A stretch of DNA of 64,000 nucleotides from Lingula anatina. Taxonomy: Eukaryota; Animalia; Brachiopoda. The notes under the pieces are model-generated. The model had not been told where the DNA came from, made no database searches, and saw nothing but the letters and a program-made list of their open reading frames with translations. Location of the stretch: positions 4,960,001-5,024,000 of the forward strand of contig CM120640.1 in assembly GCA_051362555.1 (NCBI GenBank), given 5' to 3'. The translations under genes and the position numbers were made by a program. Shown here piece by piece: positions 62,046-64,000 of the stretch. Numbering within the stretch: position 1 is the stretch's first letter; each line of letters begins with the position of its first letter.

Positions 62046-63707
62046 CAGACTTGACATTTAATATGGAATATTTCAGTTTTGAAGGTATACCTAGGTAAAA
62101 ATACGTTCTTTTTTCAAAAAACTCCGATCTCATATAAGATTTATGAATGTAAAAGTGTGCAGTCAGGTGTGTCACTACCAATTAACTGACTTTCATGCCT
62201 GTTGCGCTGCTACATTATGTAAATTGCAGTGATTTAATTGGGTAGTGTTCCTTTGGGCTGATCAAAGCTTGGCTTAGGCAAAGCTTGGTTCTGTCAAAAA
62301 AATATCCATATTTCGGCAACTACTGGATAGAATAATTTGAAATTTTGCATGCAAGAGGTCAGTTTTGCAGTGCGTAAAATGAGCCAAGTAGTGCTTTACA
62401 AATTTGTTAATCTAAGGCAGAATGGCGCGAAAAAGACAGACATAACCAGACAGATCATAGCGCCAAACGGAACGGTCCCCACAGTTTTATAGAGTAATGC
62501 CCAGACTGATGTACCTACACAGAGGTGACCCCCAATGTATCAAAATTTTACCTACAGGGTACAGGACCCACTGTCTTTCGGTATACGCTGCTGCAACTCA
62601 ACAAAAAGCACTTAGTCCCTTCAGAACGAGGGGTAAATTGCCACTAAAATGCATTTTTCAAAGCCCTTAGCGAACACTTAACTGGTTTTAGCAGGTAAGA
62701 ACACCAAATGACCTCCGAGGTACCCACTGTATACAGCAAAACATCGTCGTCTGTTTCTCTAATGAATTGGGGGCCATGAACGATTCTGGGTAGAACACTG
62801 AAACTGCGTGGCTTTCTTTATTGAGGTCAGATTTCACCTGTACCGCCCAATTAGTCAAAACAGAGTTTACAGATATCCAGAAGAGGCCTGCGACGAAGCA
62901 TATGCCGGGTCTAAAGTGACAAGGGTGATTGACAGCGTCAGTATTTGGAGTAGATTCCACATTGGTGCCAAAACACCAACGGTAGTCATCGACGAAAACC
63001 TGAACCAGATCAAATAAAGGAATAATCTCGGAACCACTTGACTATCATTTGATAGGGGGCAACTTAGGAACAATTCTAGGTTGCACGATGAGGTTGCAGG
63101 TTCACACAGAGCACTTTTAATAGCAGATAACTTACAGAACCAAGGGAATGAGCAGCTACCCTGGTCATCAAAATCGCCACATTTGAACCACATAGACAAT
63201 ATTTCGGTAGACCATTACTCACCAATCAACTGCCTACATGTCCTACAACAAAACTGGACCAGATTGGACAATTTTAGACCTATGCCTGGAATGCTATTCC
63301 AGATTGAACTCTTAAAACCTACCCCCAAGAAATGCCTTGCCGCTTGAGAGCGCTGGCAACAGCCACGAAGAGGCCAGGCGTAACAACGACCATTACTGTG
63401 ACTAGCAACTGACATGAGGATCTTTTGTGGAGCGTATTACCCTTTTACAGACGATAATTTGGAAAATATGGAGATCTAAAATATCTCTTTTAATGGGAGT
63501 CGTATGACATAGAATAGGCAACGTGTTTTTGTTTGCTTCTCTGGCGAATTCCATTAATGAACTGATGTCACAATGACATCCAAGAGATAATTTAAAGTTA
63601 TTAAAACACGATTTTAATCCTTATTTTCATTTATCAGTCAGCAAAATAGGAAAAAACTGATAAAAAATTATTTAGAAAAAAATATTCCATATTAAATGTC
63701 AAGTCTG
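62046..63707 (+). mobile_element. Full-length (1662 bp) Tc1/mariner DNA transposon with decayed transposase, in tetraspanin intron 5
   Basis: Perfect 28-bp TIRs CAGACTTGACATTTAATATGGAATATTT (62046-62073 and 63680-63707). TA on the left flank; GA on the right. Confidence 0.92.
62600..63350 (+). pseudogene. Tc1-like DDE transposase pseudogene
   Basis: FFIEVRFHL..NRVYR corresponds to FSDESRF.L..RVWR; SVSIW..F...KTP.V.ID.NLN to SVMVWG; LHDEVAGSH to QQDNAR.H; LPWSSKSPHLNHIDN to WPxxSPDLNPIEN. Stops, frameshifts and altered catalytic motifs are present. Confidence 0.85.
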
Positions 63708-64000
63708 GATATTTCTTGGCGAGTTACACGCCGTTATGCAAAGGTCTCAGCTAGGCGCCGAGTAAAGGATCGATGAATATGTATCGTACGATTTAATGTT
63801 ACTGCCGTTTATGCATTCTTTAAATTACTTTTGGTGTAACACAGTTTCAAAAATAATGTGAATGTGTTAACCATAATTTCATGTTCAATGATGTGTTAAG
63901 AATACTGAAATGATGCCATGAAAGTTAAGCGGCTTTAATACGCAATATGATTTCAGATTTCAACATTCATTGCATCCATTTGGAATGGACTGAATCAAGA

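Overview
AT-rich (roughly 36-37% GC by eye), intron-rich animal genomic DNA, probably from a marine invertebrate such as a mollusc (inferred from repeat types; not provable here). No prokaryotic features, CRISPR arrays, rRNA or tRNA were seen. Hand-spliced GT-AG gene models, left to right: (1) the last exon of a + strand gene ending in a SAM-like domain (2298-2614); (2) a small multi-exon - strand gene with an acidic tail and weak COX6C-like features, start codon unresolved (8013-10011); (3) a complete 10-exon NOL4/NOL4L-family gene (+, 15928-43768, 626 aa) with a 16-kb third intron; (4) a complete 11-exon SLC22 transporter (-, 47641-53770, 616 aa); (5) a complete 6-exon two-Ig-domain, probably GPI-anchored protein (-, 55497-57930, 260 aa); (6) head-to-head with it, the first five exons of a tetraspanin (+, 59473-61937, incomplete). 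Repeats: an 11 x ~146-bp tandem array between a 38-bp hairpin and a Helitron-like 3' end, four copies of a palindromic Harbinger-like MITE, a MULE-like MITE with an 8-bp TSD, a full-length decayed Tc1 element with intact TIRs, LINE relics and microsatellites. Most short ORFs in the supplied track are non-coding. I found no clearly new biological system. The best leads are the nuclear-receptor-motif array, the small COX6C-like gene, the Ig-GPI/tetraspanin pair and a possible stop-creating cassette exon in NOL4.
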